Shown here: piece after piece, positions 46,515 through 56,649 of the stretch | Layout of the letters: the number at the start of each line of letters is the position of its first letter | How positions within the stretch are numbered: position 1 is the first letter of the stretch | Assembly: GCA_964399075.1 (NCBI GenBank) | Contig: CAYNPK010000002.1 | Location: 20,418 to 84,417 of the forward strand | Direction: 5' to 3' | DNA from: an uncultured Candidatus Saccharibacteria bacterium | Lineage (GTDB): Bacteria; Patescibacteriota; Minisyncoccia; Phycocordibacterales; JACOZG01 | DNA: 64,000 nucleotides | Program-made: the position numbers and the translations under genes | Notes under the pieces: model-generated | What the model saw: the letters and a program-made list of their open reading frames with translations, nothing else | Database searches by the model: none | Told to the model about the DNA's origin: nothing

Positions 46515-47132
46515 ATGACTAATAAATTACCCCATCCACGGTTAGAGCGTACTTTGGTTTTACTCAAGCCGGACGCTATCCAAAGAGCTTTAATGGGGGA
46601 AATTATCAGTCGTTATGAGCGGATTGGCCTTAAATTGGCTGGCTTAAAGATGCTTGTCCCGACTGCGAAGCAGATTGAGAAACATTACGTTCTTGACCCA
46701 AATTGGCGACGGATAACTGGCGAAAAAGTCATTCAGGCTTATATCGATAAAGGTCTTAAGCCACCAGTTGAGGATCCTTATCAAGCTACAGAGATAATTC
46801 TTAGAAATTTAAAGAAATATATGACTAGTGGACCTCTAGTGGCAATGGTTTGGCAGGGGGCTAATGCGGTGGCGATTGTTAGAAAGATCACTGGAGGCAC
46901 AGAACCCTTAACTTCTAGTGTGGGAACTATCCGCGGTGATTTTGTTTTAGATTCTTACGCCATGTCTGACACGGATGGTCGATCTATTCGTAATTTGGTT
47001 CATGCTTCCGGCTCGGTTAAAGAAGCGATTAATGAAATTCGCCTCTGGTTTACTCCCAAAGAATTGATTGATTATCGCTTAGTTCAGGAGCAAATTCTCT
47101 ATGATGTTAATCTAGATGGAATTCTAGAGTAG
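46515..47132 (+). CDS. ndk: nucleoside diphosphate kinase (with insertions)
   Basis: ERTLVLLKPDAIQR, SGPLVAMVWQGANAV, GTIRGDF. Confidence 0.8.
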   Translation: MTNKLPHPRLERTLVLLKPDAIQRALMGEIISRYERIGLKLAGLKMLVPTAKQIEKHYVLDPNWRRITGEKVIQAYIDKGLKPPVEDPYQATEIILRNLKKYMTSGPLVAMVWQGANAVAIVRKITGGTEPLTSSVGTIRGDFVLDSYAMSDTDGRSIRNLVHASGSVKEAINEIRLWFTPKELIDYRLVQEQILYDVNLDGILE

Positions 47133-47353
47133 CAGTGGATAATTTAGGCGATCCGAGGCTAATTAAGGTGCTTGCTGTTTAGGTTTGCGTTTCTTTAGTT
47201 TAGCTTTATACTAAGTGAGAGGTTGCTTGGGGTATTATCTAGATCAAAATATTTTAAGGGATTCCCAAACAGTCGGTGCCTTGGTACCAACTTGCGGAAA
47301 CCCACCTAGAACCTAGATTCTAGGGTAATAGTTTCCAAGTGACCTCGCTAAAG

Positions 47354-47395
47354 CCCACCAATTTTACAAAAATGTGGTGGGTTTCAGCGTTTTTA
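47354..47395 (+). terminator. candidate intrinsic terminator downstream of ndk
   Basis: CCCACCA-14 nt loop-TGGTGGG followed by TTTCAGCGTTTTT. Confidence 0.3.
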
Positions 47396-47412
47396 GGTTA
47401 TACTTAAGCAAG

Positions 47413-48801
47413 ATGACTAATAACAGTAATTTGAGAGTTACTTTCTGTGGCGGTGCCGGTATGGTAACGGGCGCTAATTTCTTATTGACTGACGGTGGCT
47501 TGTCTGGCAATAAGGTCTTAGTTGATTGCGGATTAATTCAAGGGTCAAGAATTGCTGAAGAACAGAATTATGCTCCTTTTTCTTACCGTCCAGAAGAAAT
47601 TTCAGTTCTGCTTGTTACTCACGCTCATCTTGATCACATTGGTCGAATTCCTAAATTAATTAAAGACGGTTTTCGGGGGAAAATTTATTCGACAGCGCCA
47701 ACCAAAGAAATTTCGGAGTTAAGTTTGATTGATAGTCTTGGAGTTTTGAGTAAAGAAATTAGGGGTAGTGGTAAGCCTTTACTCTATGAACAAAAAGACG
47801 TCGCTCTAGCGATGGATTTATGGCAGACTCTAGATTATGGAGAATCAATAGAGCTGGGGGAATTTCTGGTTACTCCCAGAAACGCCGGGCACATTCTCGG
47901 CTCGGCGATGTTTGAGTTCAAGCACCAACCTAGTAATACAAACATTGTCTTTACTGGTGACTTGGGAAATTCTCCGGCTCCTTTACTGCCAGACACGGAA
48001 TTAATTAAACAGGCTCATTATTTAATCATGGAAAGCGTCTATGGTGATCGCAATCATGAAGACAGGTCTAATCGTCGAGATTTATTGGAAGACGCGATAG
48101 AAAACACCATGCACCGTGGTGGCACTCTGGTTATTCCGGCCTTTTCTATCGAGCGAACGCAGGAGATGCTCTATGAGATTGAGCACATGATGGAGTCCTC
48201 ACGGATACCTCTAGTGCCGGTTTTCATTGACTCACCCCTAGCGATTAATGTCACAAAAATTTACAAAAAGTATGATCATTATCTCAGTCATCGCGTTGAG
48301 CCAATCATCCAGGGTCATGATGGCATTTTCAGTTTTCCCCAGTTGCGTCCAACTCTAAGTACAGAAGCTTCTCGAGATATCGCCTCTTTACCCCAACGCA
48401 AAATAATTATTGCCGGCTCGGGAATGTCCAATGGTGGACGAGTTATTCACCATGAGAAGCAATATTTACCTGATCCAAAGAACGCCTTATTGCTGGTGGG
48501 CTATCAAGTTGCTGGTAGTTTAGGTCGCCAAATTCTCGACGGAGCTAAGTTTGTTAAAATTTTGGGCGAACAGGTTCCGGTTAGAGCCGAGATTATTAAT
48601 ATTAGTGGTTATTCGGCCCACAAAGATTATCAGGGTCTGATGGAATTTGTCCGTCAAACCGGTGATTCTCTCGAGAAAGTTTTCGTCGTGATTGGTGAGC
48701 CAAAATCTTCTTTATATTTAGCCCAAAGTTTGCGAGATTATCTTGGTGTTGATGCTGTTGTGCCTAAGGCTGGTGATGTGGTGGAAATTCCATTAAACTA
48801 A
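47413..48801 (+). CDS. metallo-beta-lactamase fold beta-CASP ribonuclease (RNase J/CPSF-like)
   Basis: HAHLDHIG motif. ATG 47413 preferred over GTG 47374. Confidence 0.7.
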   Translation: MTNNSNLRVTFCGGAGMVTGANFLLTDGGLSGNKVLVDCGLIQGSRIAEEQNYAPFSYRPEEISVLLVTHAHLDHIGRIPKLIKDGFRGKIYSTAPTKEISELSLIDSLGVLSKEIRGSGKPLLYEQKDVALAMDLWQTLDYGESIELGEFLVTPRNAGHILGSAMFEFKHQPSNTNIVFTGDLGNSPAPLLPDTELIKQAHYLIMESVYGDRNHEDRSNRRDLLEDAIENTMHRGGTLVIPAFSIERTQEMLYEIEHMMESSRIPLVPVFIDSPLAINVTKIYKKYDHYLSHRVEPIIQGHDGIFSFPQLRPTLSTEASRDIASLPQRKIIIAGSGMSNGGRVIHHEKQYLPDPKNALLLVGYQVAGSLGRQILDGAKFVKILGEQVPVRAEIINISGYSAHKDYQGLMEFVRQTGDSLEKVFVVIGEPKSSLYLAQSLRDYLGVDAVVPKAGDVVEIPLN

Positions 48802-48832
48802 TAAATGTTAATATTGATATCAAATTAAAATC

Positions 48833-49498
48833 ATGACTTCGCTAATTTTTAAAAACAAAAACAAGCACAAACATCAGCACATGCAGTTTAAGTTCTGTGT
48901 TTCTGGAGCGGCGCAAACTGGTCATTGTGGTCCTGGTGCTCTAGAACAAGCCAAGCAACTTGGCCGATCAATTGTGGAAATTGGCGGGGTTCTAGTTACT
49001 GGCGCCACGACTGGTTTTCCACTTTGGTCGGCTGTTGGCGCCAAGGAGGCTGGTGGAGTTTCTATCGGCCTCTCACCAGCTTCTACTGAACGCGAACATG
49101 TTGAGGTTTACGGCTTGCCACTTGATTATATGGATTTGATTATTTATACCGGTTTTGGCTATTCGGGTCGTAATTTGCTCCTGACACGCTCTTCTGACGC
49201 GGTTATTGTCGGTTGTGGTCGGGTGGGGACAATTAATGAATTTACCGTCGCCTTTGAGGACGGGCGTTTGCTGGGTGTCTTGGAAGGACCTTGGCTGACG
49301 GATGAAGTAATTAAAGATATTATGATTAAGGGTCACAGACATAGCGATAGGGTCATCTTTGATGACGACCCGGCGCGCTTGGTTAAGCGTCTCGCTGAGA
49401 TTTTAGAAAAAGAAAAGGCGATGGAGAAAAAGTTTTATCGAAATCCGGATCACTCTGTCATTAATCCAGGCAGTGATCACAAGGGCGCTATTTTATAA
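48833..49498 (+). CDS. LOG/TIGR00725-family Rossmann-fold protein
   Basis: GGVLVTGATTG...GFGYSGRN...VIVGCGRVGTINEF pattern. Confidence 0.45.
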   Translation: MTSLIFKNKNKHKHQHMQFKFCVSGAAQTGHCGPGALEQAKQLGRSIVEIGGVLVTGATTGFPLWSAVGAKEAGGVSIGLSPASTEREHVEVYGLPLDYMDLIIYTGFGYSGRNLLLTRSSDAVIVGCGRVGTINEFTVAFEDGRLLGVLEGPWLTDEVIKDIMIKGHRHSDRVIFDDDPARLVKRLAEILEKEKAMEKKFYRNPDHSVINPGSDHKGAIL

Positions 49499-49832
49499 AC
49501 TCAATTAAGCGTTCGAAAGTTTTTGGTTCGTTTTCCGCCAAGTCAGCTAGGATTTTGCGATCAACAATAACTTCTTTTTTCTTAAGTAGATTGATAAAAC
49601 GACTATAAGACAACTCAAAAGGTTTAAGCGCCGCGCCAATTTTAATATTCCACAAGCGACGAAAGTCGTTCTTCTTTGCGCGTCGATGAGCCCAGGCGTG
49701 TTTGCCAGCATGCAGGATGGCAACTTTCGCTTCGCGCTCCTTAGTCGAGCGGCCAAAGCGGTAGCCCTTAACTTGCTTTAAGACTTTACGGCGATGCTTT
49801 AATGAAATGGTTCCTCGTTTGACTCTTGGCAT
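49488..49832 (-). CDS. rplT: 50S ribosomal protein L20
   Basis: MPRVKRGTISLKHRRKVLK. Confidence 0.9.
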   Translation of the reverse strand: MPRVKRGTISLKHRRKVLKQVKGYRFGRSTKEREAKVAILHAGKHAWAHRRAKKNDFRRLWNIKIGAALKPFELSYSRFINLLKKKEVIVDRKILADLAENEPKTFERLIEFIK

Positions 49833-49843
49833 GGTTGTGATTA

Positions 49844-50032
49844 TTAATTTGTACCTGGTAAGTATCTGGCCAAATCCTTATTTTTAAACTTCAGAGATAC
49901 TGGTTTCTTCCCATTCAATTGAGAAGATCGACTGGCTTTGGCATTAAAGTGGTTTTGCCCACTCTTACGCGCCAAAACTTTGCCCTTGCGGGTAATTCTA
50001 ACTCTCTTTGCTAATGATTTATTTGTTTTCAT
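49844..50032 (-). CDS. rpmI: 50S ribosomal protein L35
   Basis: MKTNKSLAKRVRITRKGKV. Confidence 0.85.
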   Translation of the reverse strand: MKTNKSLAKRVRITRKGKVLARKSGQNHFNAKASRSSQLNGKKPVSLKFKNKDLARYLPGTN

Positions 50033-50047
50033 GTAATGTTTTATAAA

Positions 50048-50560
50048 CTATTTGGCGCGTTCGATGATTACGCTGATACCCTTATGGCTTTTCTTAACAC
50101 TCTCGGCGATGCGATATTCCTCGGCGATAAATTTAAGTAGACGTTCTAATCTTTCAGTTAAGAATTTCTGATCGAAATATTTCGCTCTACCTCGGAGGAA
50201 TAGCTCAATTTTTACTCGATGCCCGTCGTGTAAAAAGTCAGAAGCTTTACCGGCTTTGATTTGCAAATCATGATCACCGGTACCGATCTTTACCTGAATA
50301 TTTTTTGTTTCGGTTACTTGGGCTTTGGTTCTTGTTGCCTTCAGTTTCTTGTTTTCCAGGTACTGATATTTGCCAAAATCCATTATTTTTGCCACTGGCG
50401 GTTGAGCTGTCGGTGAGATCTCGATTAGATCTAAACCCTCCATTTGAGCCCTCTTTAGGGCTTCGCTCAAGCTAATTACCCCCAGATTTTCTCCCGTTGA
50501 GCCAATAACCCGAAGTTCGGGCGCTTTTATTTGATGATTAAATCTGGTTGCTCGTGACAA
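50048..50560 (-). CDS. infC: translation initiation factor IF-3
   Basis: NHQIKAPELRVIGSTGENLGV... IF3 pattern. Start codon uncertain. Confidence 0.85.
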   Translation of the reverse strand: MSRATRFNHQIKAPELRVIGSTGENLGVISLSEALKRAQMEGLDLIEISPTAQPPVAKIMDFGKYQYLENKKLKATRTKAQVTETKNIQVKIGTGDHDLQIKAGKASDFLHDGHRVKIELFLRGRAKYFDQKFLTERLERLLKFIAEEYRIAESVKKSHKGISVIIERAK

Positions 50561-50721
50561 TGATGTTTTGGTTAAACATTAATGAACTCTAAAATCCTAA
50601 TCTATTTCAATCTCTAAGTCAACACAAACCCCCGAGGCGATAATTTGCCACCGGGGGATTGAACTTACTTAACTTACTTAAATAGTAATAAGTAGTATAA
50701 GTAATAGAAGTATCAATTAAT

Positions 50722-50970
50722 TTAGCTAGCGGTTTCAGGAACAGGAAGTTCGTCGCTGATTGATTCATCTTCCATTTCTGGTACCTCTGGCAGTTCAGGA
50801 AGTTCAGTCGTCTCTTCTGGTGGTAACACCTCTTCTGGCAATGGCGGATAGACATCCTCTGGATTCTCGTTGTCTCGATTGCCGTAGTACATATAGCCAC
50901 CAATAATTAGGATCAGGGCAATAATGACAATAATTACTCCGGTGCCGAAACCTTGTTTTGTGTTTGTCAT
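50722..50970 (-). CDS. small membrane protein with acidic Pro/Glu-rich tail
   Basis: One TM followed by PPLPEEVLPPEETTELPELPEVPEMEDE. Confidence 0.4.
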   Translation of the reverse strand: MTNTKQGFGTGVIIVIIALILIIGGYMYYGNRDNENPEDVYPPLPEEVLPPEETTELPELPEVPEMEDESISDELPVPETAS

Positions 50971-51093
50971 AATGACGAAAATAAATAAACTAAAACTGTT
51001 AATAATTCGACCCTAACTACTCCAGTGCCATTATAACTTATTAGTTTCAAAATACCAAGAAAATTATCCACCATGCTATAATAGGCCAAAATC

Positions 51094-51537
51094 ATGATAG
51101 AAAATAAGCGGGCGTACTTTGATTATGAGATTATAGAAAAACTCGAAGCGGGGCTAGAACTCCGCGGTTTTGAGGTTAAGGCTATCAGGGCCGGCAAGGC
51201 TTCTATTGTCGGCTCGCGGGTGATTATTCGTGGTGGCGAGGCTTTCTTGGTTGGAACGATAATTCAGCCTTATCAAGCTAATAATCTGCCCAATAACGCT
51301 GATTCTTCTGATAAACCTCATCGTTTATTATTAAATACTAGAGAGATTAATCACTTAGATGAAAAGAGTCGGCAGGGTCGCTTGACAATCGTACCTCTTA
51401 AGGTTTATAATAGTCATGGTCGTCTAAAAATAGAAATTGCCCTAGTGCGAGGCAAGAAGCGCTTCGACAAGCGCGAGAGCATCAAGAAGCGTGACACCAA
51501 GCGACAAATAGACCGGACCTTGAAAAATAGGGACTAG
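51094..51537 (+). CDS. smpB: SsrA-binding protein SmpB
   Basis: KRAYFDYEIIEKLEAGLELRGFEVKAIRAGKASI. Confidence 0.9.
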   Translation: MIENKRAYFDYEIIEKLEAGLELRGFEVKAIRAGKASIVGSRVIIRGGEAFLVGTIIQPYQANNLPNNADSSDKPHRLLLNTREINHLDEKSRQGRLTIVPLKVYNSHGRLKIEIALVRGKKRFDKRESIKKRDTKRQIDRTLKNRD

Positions 51538-51618
51538 TAATCAGGGATTAGGTGATAAGGGTCAGGTGTTAGTGGGATACTAATCCCTAAAACCTAATTT
51601 CTAATCCCTAATCCAATT

Positions 51619-52008
51619 GGGGATGATCGGCTTCGACGTGTGAAGGGATCTCTCGAAGCAAGCCGAGGTAACTCCAACCTCGTTAAACTCGGAGTATTCA
51701 GGTAAGTGCAAACTCATCTGACGACAGCGTTGTATCACCATACTTCGCTCCTTCTTACGCTTTAGCCTAAGGAGGCATTTATTCATCAGGAGGCTGGCTA
51801 GTGATGAATAGGTGAAATATTTTGCCAGCTAGAGTTGCCAATTGTCTCATTGGCAACTTGAATTCCGTCAATGGCGGAACATCGAGGCTCGACCACGCGA
51901 TCTTTTGTTGGCTTATTGTTGCGCTGGTTTAACATCTTAAACCGACTAAGCTTGTAGAGTTCTTTAGATTTTTTTACTCGGACGCGGGTTCGATTCCCGC
52001 CATCTCCA
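51619..52008 (+). ncRNA. ssrA: tmRNA (ssrA); tag reading frame 51708..51770 encodes ANSSDDSVVSPYFAPSYALA
   Basis: 5' GGGGATGATCGGCTTCGACG and 3' GGACGCGGGTTCGATTCCCGCCATCTCCA with a G3:U70 acceptor pair. Resume codon GCA, tag ends YALA-stop. Immediately downstream of smpB. Confidence 0.8.
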
Positions 52009-52021
52009 CTAGACCAAAAAT

Positions 52022-52047
52022 GGCCACCTTTACGGTGGCTGTTTTTG
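52022..52047 (+). terminator. intrinsic terminator after ssrA
   Basis: GGCCACC-TTTAC-GGTGGC + GTTTTTG. Confidence 0.5.
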
Positions 52048-52146
52048 TGTCTTGCTGGAGCGGGTTGGGGGAATCGAAAGCCGGAACCGCCGAAGAGGCG
52101 GTGAGGCGGGGTCGCGCAAATTTTCAGCAGAAAATTATGTGTGACC

Positions 52147-52164
52147 GATTCCCGCCATCTCCAC
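52147..52164 (+). repeat. 18-bp direct repeat of the tmRNA 3' end (GATTCCCGCCATCTCCAC; first copy 51992..52009) - att-site-like scar
   Basis: Exact 18-nt duplication 155 nt downstream of the intact copy, followed by ACCA. Confidence 0.55.
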
Positions 52165-52287
52165 CACTTCGCTCCTCGGATACTCGGAGCTACGCGGTGC
52201 AAGCACCACAAGAATACCTGCCACAAGCGGGTGTTTTTGACTTTCTGTTTTTGGATGTTTACGTTGGTAAATTAATAAGTTAAAATA

Positions 52288-52917
52288 ATGACCATGGACG
52301 ACCTATTTTTAATTTTATTTTTTGTTTCGTTTGTTTCCTTGGTTGTCGGTTTGATAAGGCCAACCGCTTTTTCTCGTTTTATTAAAGGTGAAATAACGCG
52401 AAAAAAAATAATTACAATTTTTGGAATTGCAATAGTCGCTTCTTTTGTTTTGTTTGGTATTGCTAATGATAACTCAAAAAATAACAACGAAGTCTCCACG
52501 CAACCTGTTATAGAAAAGACCAGCATCCCACCTGCATCAGTAAAAACAGAAACAACCCCCACAACAACACAAGCACCAACCCCAATTACCGTTAAAATCG
52601 AGGATAAACCTGAACCAATATCAAGCGAGACAACTAGTCAAAAAAACGCTGTTAAAAAAGCAAAATCTTACTTGGGTTACTCAGCTTTTTCTCACAATGG
52701 GCTGGTCGCTCAATTGGAGTACGAACAATTTTCACACGCTGACGCGATTTATGGTGCAGATAATTCTGGTGCTAATTGGAATGAACAAGCAGTCAAAAAG
52801 GCCAAATCGTACATGGAATATTCAGCTTTTTCACGCGGTAGTTTAATTGAACAGCTAAAATATGAGGGATTCACGCAAGCACAAGCAGAGCATGGGGCTA
52901 ACGCGGTTGGTTTATAG
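52288..52917 (+). CDS. Ltp-family lipoprotein-like protein (two Ltp repeats; prophage superinfection-exclusion type) with N-terminal TM
   Basis: Tandem KAKSYLGYSAFSHNGLVAQLEYEQFSHADAIYGA and KAKSYMEYSAFSRGSLIEQLKYEGFTQAQAEHGA. Confidence 0.55.
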   Translation: MTMDDLFLILFFVSFVSLVVGLIRPTAFSRFIKGEITRKKIITIFGIAIVASFVLFGIANDNSKNNNEVSTQPVIEKTSIPPASVKTETTPTTTQAPTPITVKIEDKPEPISSETTSQKNAVKKAKSYLGYSAFSHNGLVAQLEYEQFSHADAIYGADNSGANWNEQAVKKAKSYMEYSAFSRGSLIEQLKYEGFTQAQAEHGANAVGL

Positions 52918-53179
52918 TGATACAAATAAGGACAAGGTAAAAAGTGTAAATCCTAGATCTTTTTCGCTCATAATCCAAAATTACAAATCGACAACACGAG
53001 CAAAAAGACGAACGAAAGGCCGAGATAGCTAATTTTATGCACACAATCCATAACGTCAAATATGTAACCGAGGAATCATTTGAAGTAGTGAAAAACATAC
53101 TAGGATTCAAGAAAATTAATGATTATTACAAACTTGGTTGGAAAGCTTTTCTCAATAGTCAGAAAATAAAATCGCAAGA

Positions 53180-53824
53180 ATGAAAACATTTTTTATTGAT
53201 GAATCAGGAAATTTGGGAAGCAAGGGTAGGTATTTTGTTATTACTTTGCTTGCTCCACAAAAAAGTAAACGCATAAATAATTTTATGCGTAAATTTTGTG
53301 CCAAGAATTTTCTCAAAGAAGTAAAAGCAAGTCAGCTTTCTTTTTCGCAAAAGCAGTTTATTTTTAATAAGCTATGCAGTGCTAATGACTATAATATTTT
53401 CTATATTGTTGCCGATAAATTAAACATTGATAACAAAAAAATACTTGAGGATAAAAACTTGTGCTATAACTACCTTTTTTCTTTTTTAGTGAAGAAAACC
53501 ATCAAAAGCACTCAAGAGGACATCACTCTGTTACTTGATAATCACTCCACAAAAGTAAAATCCATAAACTCATTGGCTGATTACATCAAAATCAAAGCTT
53601 TTACACAATGGGGTTTTACACACGATCTGAATATTTTCTATGTCGATTCAAAAAATTCAAAAATTGTACAAGCCGCTGACATTGTTTCAAATGCAATTTA
53701 TGCGAAATACACTTACGGAAAGGATCATTTTTATAGAAAACTTACCATTAGCGAATCTATTAAGTTTCCATATAGTAAATTTGCCCCAAAACCACCTGTG
53801 GATAACAGCTTATTGACTCCGTAA
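53180..53824 (+). CDS. DUF3800-family protein
   Basis: N-terminal FFIDESGNLG. Very AT-rich. Confidence 0.5.
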   Translation: MKTFFIDESGNLGSKGRYFVITLLAPQKSKRINNFMRKFCAKNFLKEVKASQLSFSQKQFIFNKLCSANDYNIFYIVADKLNIDNKKILEDKNLCYNYLFSFLVKKTIKSTQEDITLLLDNHSTKVKSINSLADYIKIKAFTQWGFTHDLNIFYVDSKNSKIVQAADIVSNAIYAKYTYGKDHFYRKLTISESIKFPYSKFAPKPPVDNSLLTP

Positions 53825-53918
53825 TACACTTCGCATATACTTAAATTGATGTAAATCTTGTGCGGAGCTTAATGTAAGTAAGTGACGTATTCCGTCACCG
53901 AAGCACAAGTTGTCTTGA

Positions 53919-53948
53919 GAAGCCCTGCGGGGCTTTTCTTTTTTTTAT
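53919..53948 (+). terminator. intrinsic terminator closing the AT-rich islet
   Basis: AAGCCC-TGCG-GGGCTT + TTCTTTTTTTT. Confidence 0.5.
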
Positions 53949-54018
53949 TAAATTTAATTTGCTAATATGCTTATGCTATACTTATCTATTATTGGTTTAG
54001 TATAAAATTATAATTATT

Positions 54019-54375
54019 ATGAATCCAGACGAAGTTAATCAAAATGTTCCTAGTACTCCCGTGGTTGAGCCGAGTGTTGATAATCACACCCTGCTTGGTA
54101 TCTTGTCGTACATTGGTCCTTTGGTGATTGTTTCTTTCATGATGGGGAAAGAGATTCCGTTTGTGAAGTTCCACGTCAAGCAGGGCGCGGTGTTGTTTGC
54201 CATTGAGGTTGTGTTGTGGTTGATTGGCTCTTTCTTGTGGCAATTCTGGATGTTGATGAACATTCTTAATTTAGCAGTCATCATTCTCGCTATTATTGGT
54301 ATCGTTAATGTTGTCCAGCGTCAAGAGAAACCGCTTCCGATCATCGGTCACTTGTCTAAGTATTTCAAGTTCTAG
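54019..54375 (+). CDS. small integral membrane protein (DUF4870-like)
   Basis: 118 aa, 3 TM. Confidence 0.45.
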   Translation: MNPDEVNQNVPSTPVVEPSVDNHTLLGILSYIGPLVIVSFMMGKEIPFVKFHVKQGAVLFAIEVVLWLIGSFLWQFWMLMNILNLAVIILAIIGIVNVVQRQEKPLPIIGHLSKYFKF

Positions 54376-54393
54376 TTTTTTAATTCTAAAATC

Positions 54394-55377
54394 CTAAGTT
54401 GTTTTGTTTTGCCTGACGCGGATGACTAGCGCGGTGATGTCGTCTTCTAATTTGCCTTTGCTGGCTTGTTGTTCGGCAATAGCGAATAGTTCTGTTTGGA
54501 AATCCTCGGAAGATAGATTGCGATGTTGTTCGCAAAATTCTGGAAATAAGTCTTGGAAAAATTCTCCGTCAACCAGCGATTCGAATAAGCCATCAGACAT
54601 TAAATAAATATCAGCATTAGGTGGCAAGTTAACAATTGGCACTGCGAAGGGTTGATTCTCTAATAATCCATAACCAAGAACAGGTCGGCGTTCTATGGCG
54701 AGCGGTGAGAGAATTTCATTTTTATCTTGATATCTTTCCGCTGTTTCTGGCACGACGCCATATTCTACGCGTCCCGAACCATCTTGGTGGCGGATGAAGA
54801 ATTCCAAATTGCCAGACATCTCAATTTTTAATTTGGGTTCTTCTCCCTTTTCGGTTAAGACTTCGGCTCTCATTAAATCAAGTTGCGAGGCCAGAGGCAG
54901 GCCGTTTAAGAAATTATCCAACTCGACAAACAAATTATCTGTTGAGAGGGGGGTCTCGCGACGCAATTCCAACCAGCGAGTAATTAGTTCTTTGTGATAG
55001 AGCGCGGTGGCACCGTGTCCCATGGCATCAACTATTTCTACCTCACCGACCTCGCCACTAATTTCTGACTTGGTCCAGAAGTCACCCCCGCCGACTTGAT
55101 CAAGAGGTAAGTACAAGCCTTCTGTTGCTGATAGGTTGCGTAATTCGTCTTCTTTCTTTTCGGTATATTCGTCGCCCACAATTTCTCGGATTAATCGTGG
55201 CGAGAGGTCACGTTTGTATTTCTCCGCCAGAGCTAACAAGGCCGGTTTAAGCTCTAGAAATTTAGTAAAAGTTTCGGCTCCGAAACACCTTTGAGCTTGG
55301 TTTATTAATTCTTGATTTGCTTCAATAAATTGACGAGTGGGATCTGGCTCGTTCTCATTAATTGGCGGCTTTTCCAT
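54394..55377 (-). CDS. PP2C-type (SpoIIE/RsbU-like) serine phosphatase
   Basis: DAMGHGATALYH and YLMSDGLFE. Confidence 0.65.
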   Translation of the reverse strand: MEKPPINENEPDPTRQFIEANQELINQAQRCFGAETFTKFLELKPALLALAEKYKRDLSPRLIREIVGDEYTEKKEDELRNLSATEGLYLPLDQVGGGDFWTKSEISGEVGEVEIVDAMGHGATALYHKELITRWLELRRETPLSTDNLFVELDNFLNGLPLASQLDLMRAEVLTEKGEEPKLKIEMSGNLEFFIRHQDGSGRVEYGVVPETAERYQDKNEILSPLAIERRPVLGYGLLENQPFAVPIVNLPPNADIYLMSDGLFESLVDGEFFQDLFPEFCEQHRNLSSEDFQTELFAIAEQQASKGKLEDDITALVIRVRQNKTT

Positions 55378-55427
55378 TAGTTTATCTTAGCATTGAAGCG
55401 GAAAAATTTAAATGATAAAATATCGAC

Positions 55428-56615
55428 ATGAAAAAAAATAAAGCACTTCTTGGTGTTGCCATTTTTATACTTAGTTGTTTTATTATTGTCTTGATTTTCA
55501 TACTTGGATTTAATTTTAAAAAAGTTGAAGAAAATCAGGTTAATTCCGTTGACAGTAGAGATGGGCAAATTGAGTCAAGTGTTTTTTCTCATGAAGCAAT
55601 GGTTATTGAGGCGATAGATGAGGCCAATCAGGCGGTAGTTTCTATTGTGGTGACTAAGGATGTACCGACTATTGAGCGATATCTTGATCCTTTTGGTGGT
55701 GGCGGTTTTAACTTTCTGATTCCGCGGGTGCGTGAAGGGGAGACCGAACGAAGAGAGATTGGTGGCGGTTCTGGCTTCTTTGTTTCTGACGATGGTCTGG
55801 TAGTAACCAATAAGCATGTTGTCGCTGATTCGGAGGCGGAATATACAGTTTTCACTAACGACGGTAAGAAGTACGAGGCGGAAGTCTTGGCTGTTGATCC
55901 GCTTCTTGACATTGCTGTTCTTAAGACTAAAGCTCGTAACACTTCCTTTTTACAATTTAGCGACTCGGATAAAATTAAATTAGGCCAAACGGTAATTGCC
56001 ATCGGTAACGCTCTTGGGGAATTTAGAAACTCGGTTTCGGTCGGTGTAATTTCCGGCCTTTCTCGTTCTATTGTAGCTGGTGATCAGCTAGGCCGGTCGG
56101 AAGTTCTGGAAGAGGTGATTCAGACTGACGCGGCTATTAACCCCGGTAATTCTGGAGGTCCGCTTCTTGATCTGCGTGGACAGGTGGTTGGCGTTAATGT
56201 TGCCACCTCGCGCGGTGCGGAAAATATCGGCTTCGCCCTACCGGCAAATATTGTTAGCGGCGTTGTTTCTTCTGTTGTTGAATATGGAGAAATTGTTCGT
56301 CCTTATCTTGGTATTCGTTATGTTCAAATTACCGAATCTCTTAAAGAAAAAAATAATTTAACAGTTGATTATGGGGTCTTAGTCGCTCGTGGAGAAACTC
56401 GCGAAGATTTAGCCGTCATTCCCGGCTCGCCGGCAGACAAGGCGGGGATTGTGGAGAATGATATTATTTTAGAGGTAGACGGTGTTAAGTTGGAAGAGGG
56501 CAAATCACTTGGTTTATTGATTCGCCAGAAGAGAATTGGCGATATTGTTAATCTTAAGATCTTGAGTAAGGGTCGGGAAAAAAATATTGTTATCAAATTA
56601 GAGCGCGCTTCTTAA
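55428..56615 (+). CDS. htrA: HtrA/DegP-family serine protease with PDZ domain
   Basis: Trypsin-like catalytic triad (TNKHV, D-I-A-V-L, GNSGGPLLD) plus PDZ. Confidence 0.85.
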   Translation: MKKNKALLGVAIFILSCFIIVLIFILGFNFKKVEENQVNSVDSRDGQIESSVFSHEAMVIEAIDEANQAVVSIVVTKDVPTIERYLDPFGGGGFNFLIPRVREGETERREIGGGSGFFVSDDGLVVTNKHVVADSEAEYTVFTNDGKKYEAEVLAVDPLLDIAVLKTKARNTSFLQFSDSDKIKLGQTVIAIGNALGEFRNSVSVGVISGLSRSIVAGDQLGRSEVLEEVIQTDAAINPGNSGGPLLDLRGQVVGVNVATSRGAENIGFALPANIVSGVVSSVVEYGEIVRPYLGIRYVQITESLKEKNNLTVDYGVLVARGETREDLAVIPGSPADKAGIVENDIILEVDGVKLEEGKSLGLLIRQKRIGDIVNLKILSKGREKNIVIKLERAS

Positions 56616-56649
56616 GATGTCAGTAGTTGATTTCTTGGCCTCTTAATGC

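Noticed and set aside
47140-47340. Possible SRP RNA or other ncRNA in the 240-nt ndk to beta-CASP intergenic region
   Set aside because: Only a weak GGUGCUUGCUGUUU resemblance to the 4.5S motif and no convincing domain IV. Probably just promoter/terminator space.
51601-52283. Track ORFs 51601..51786(-), 51798..52226(-), 52020..52283(+)
   Set aside because: They overlap the tmRNA gene, its terminator and the att-like repeat. The tmRNA structure explains the sequence.
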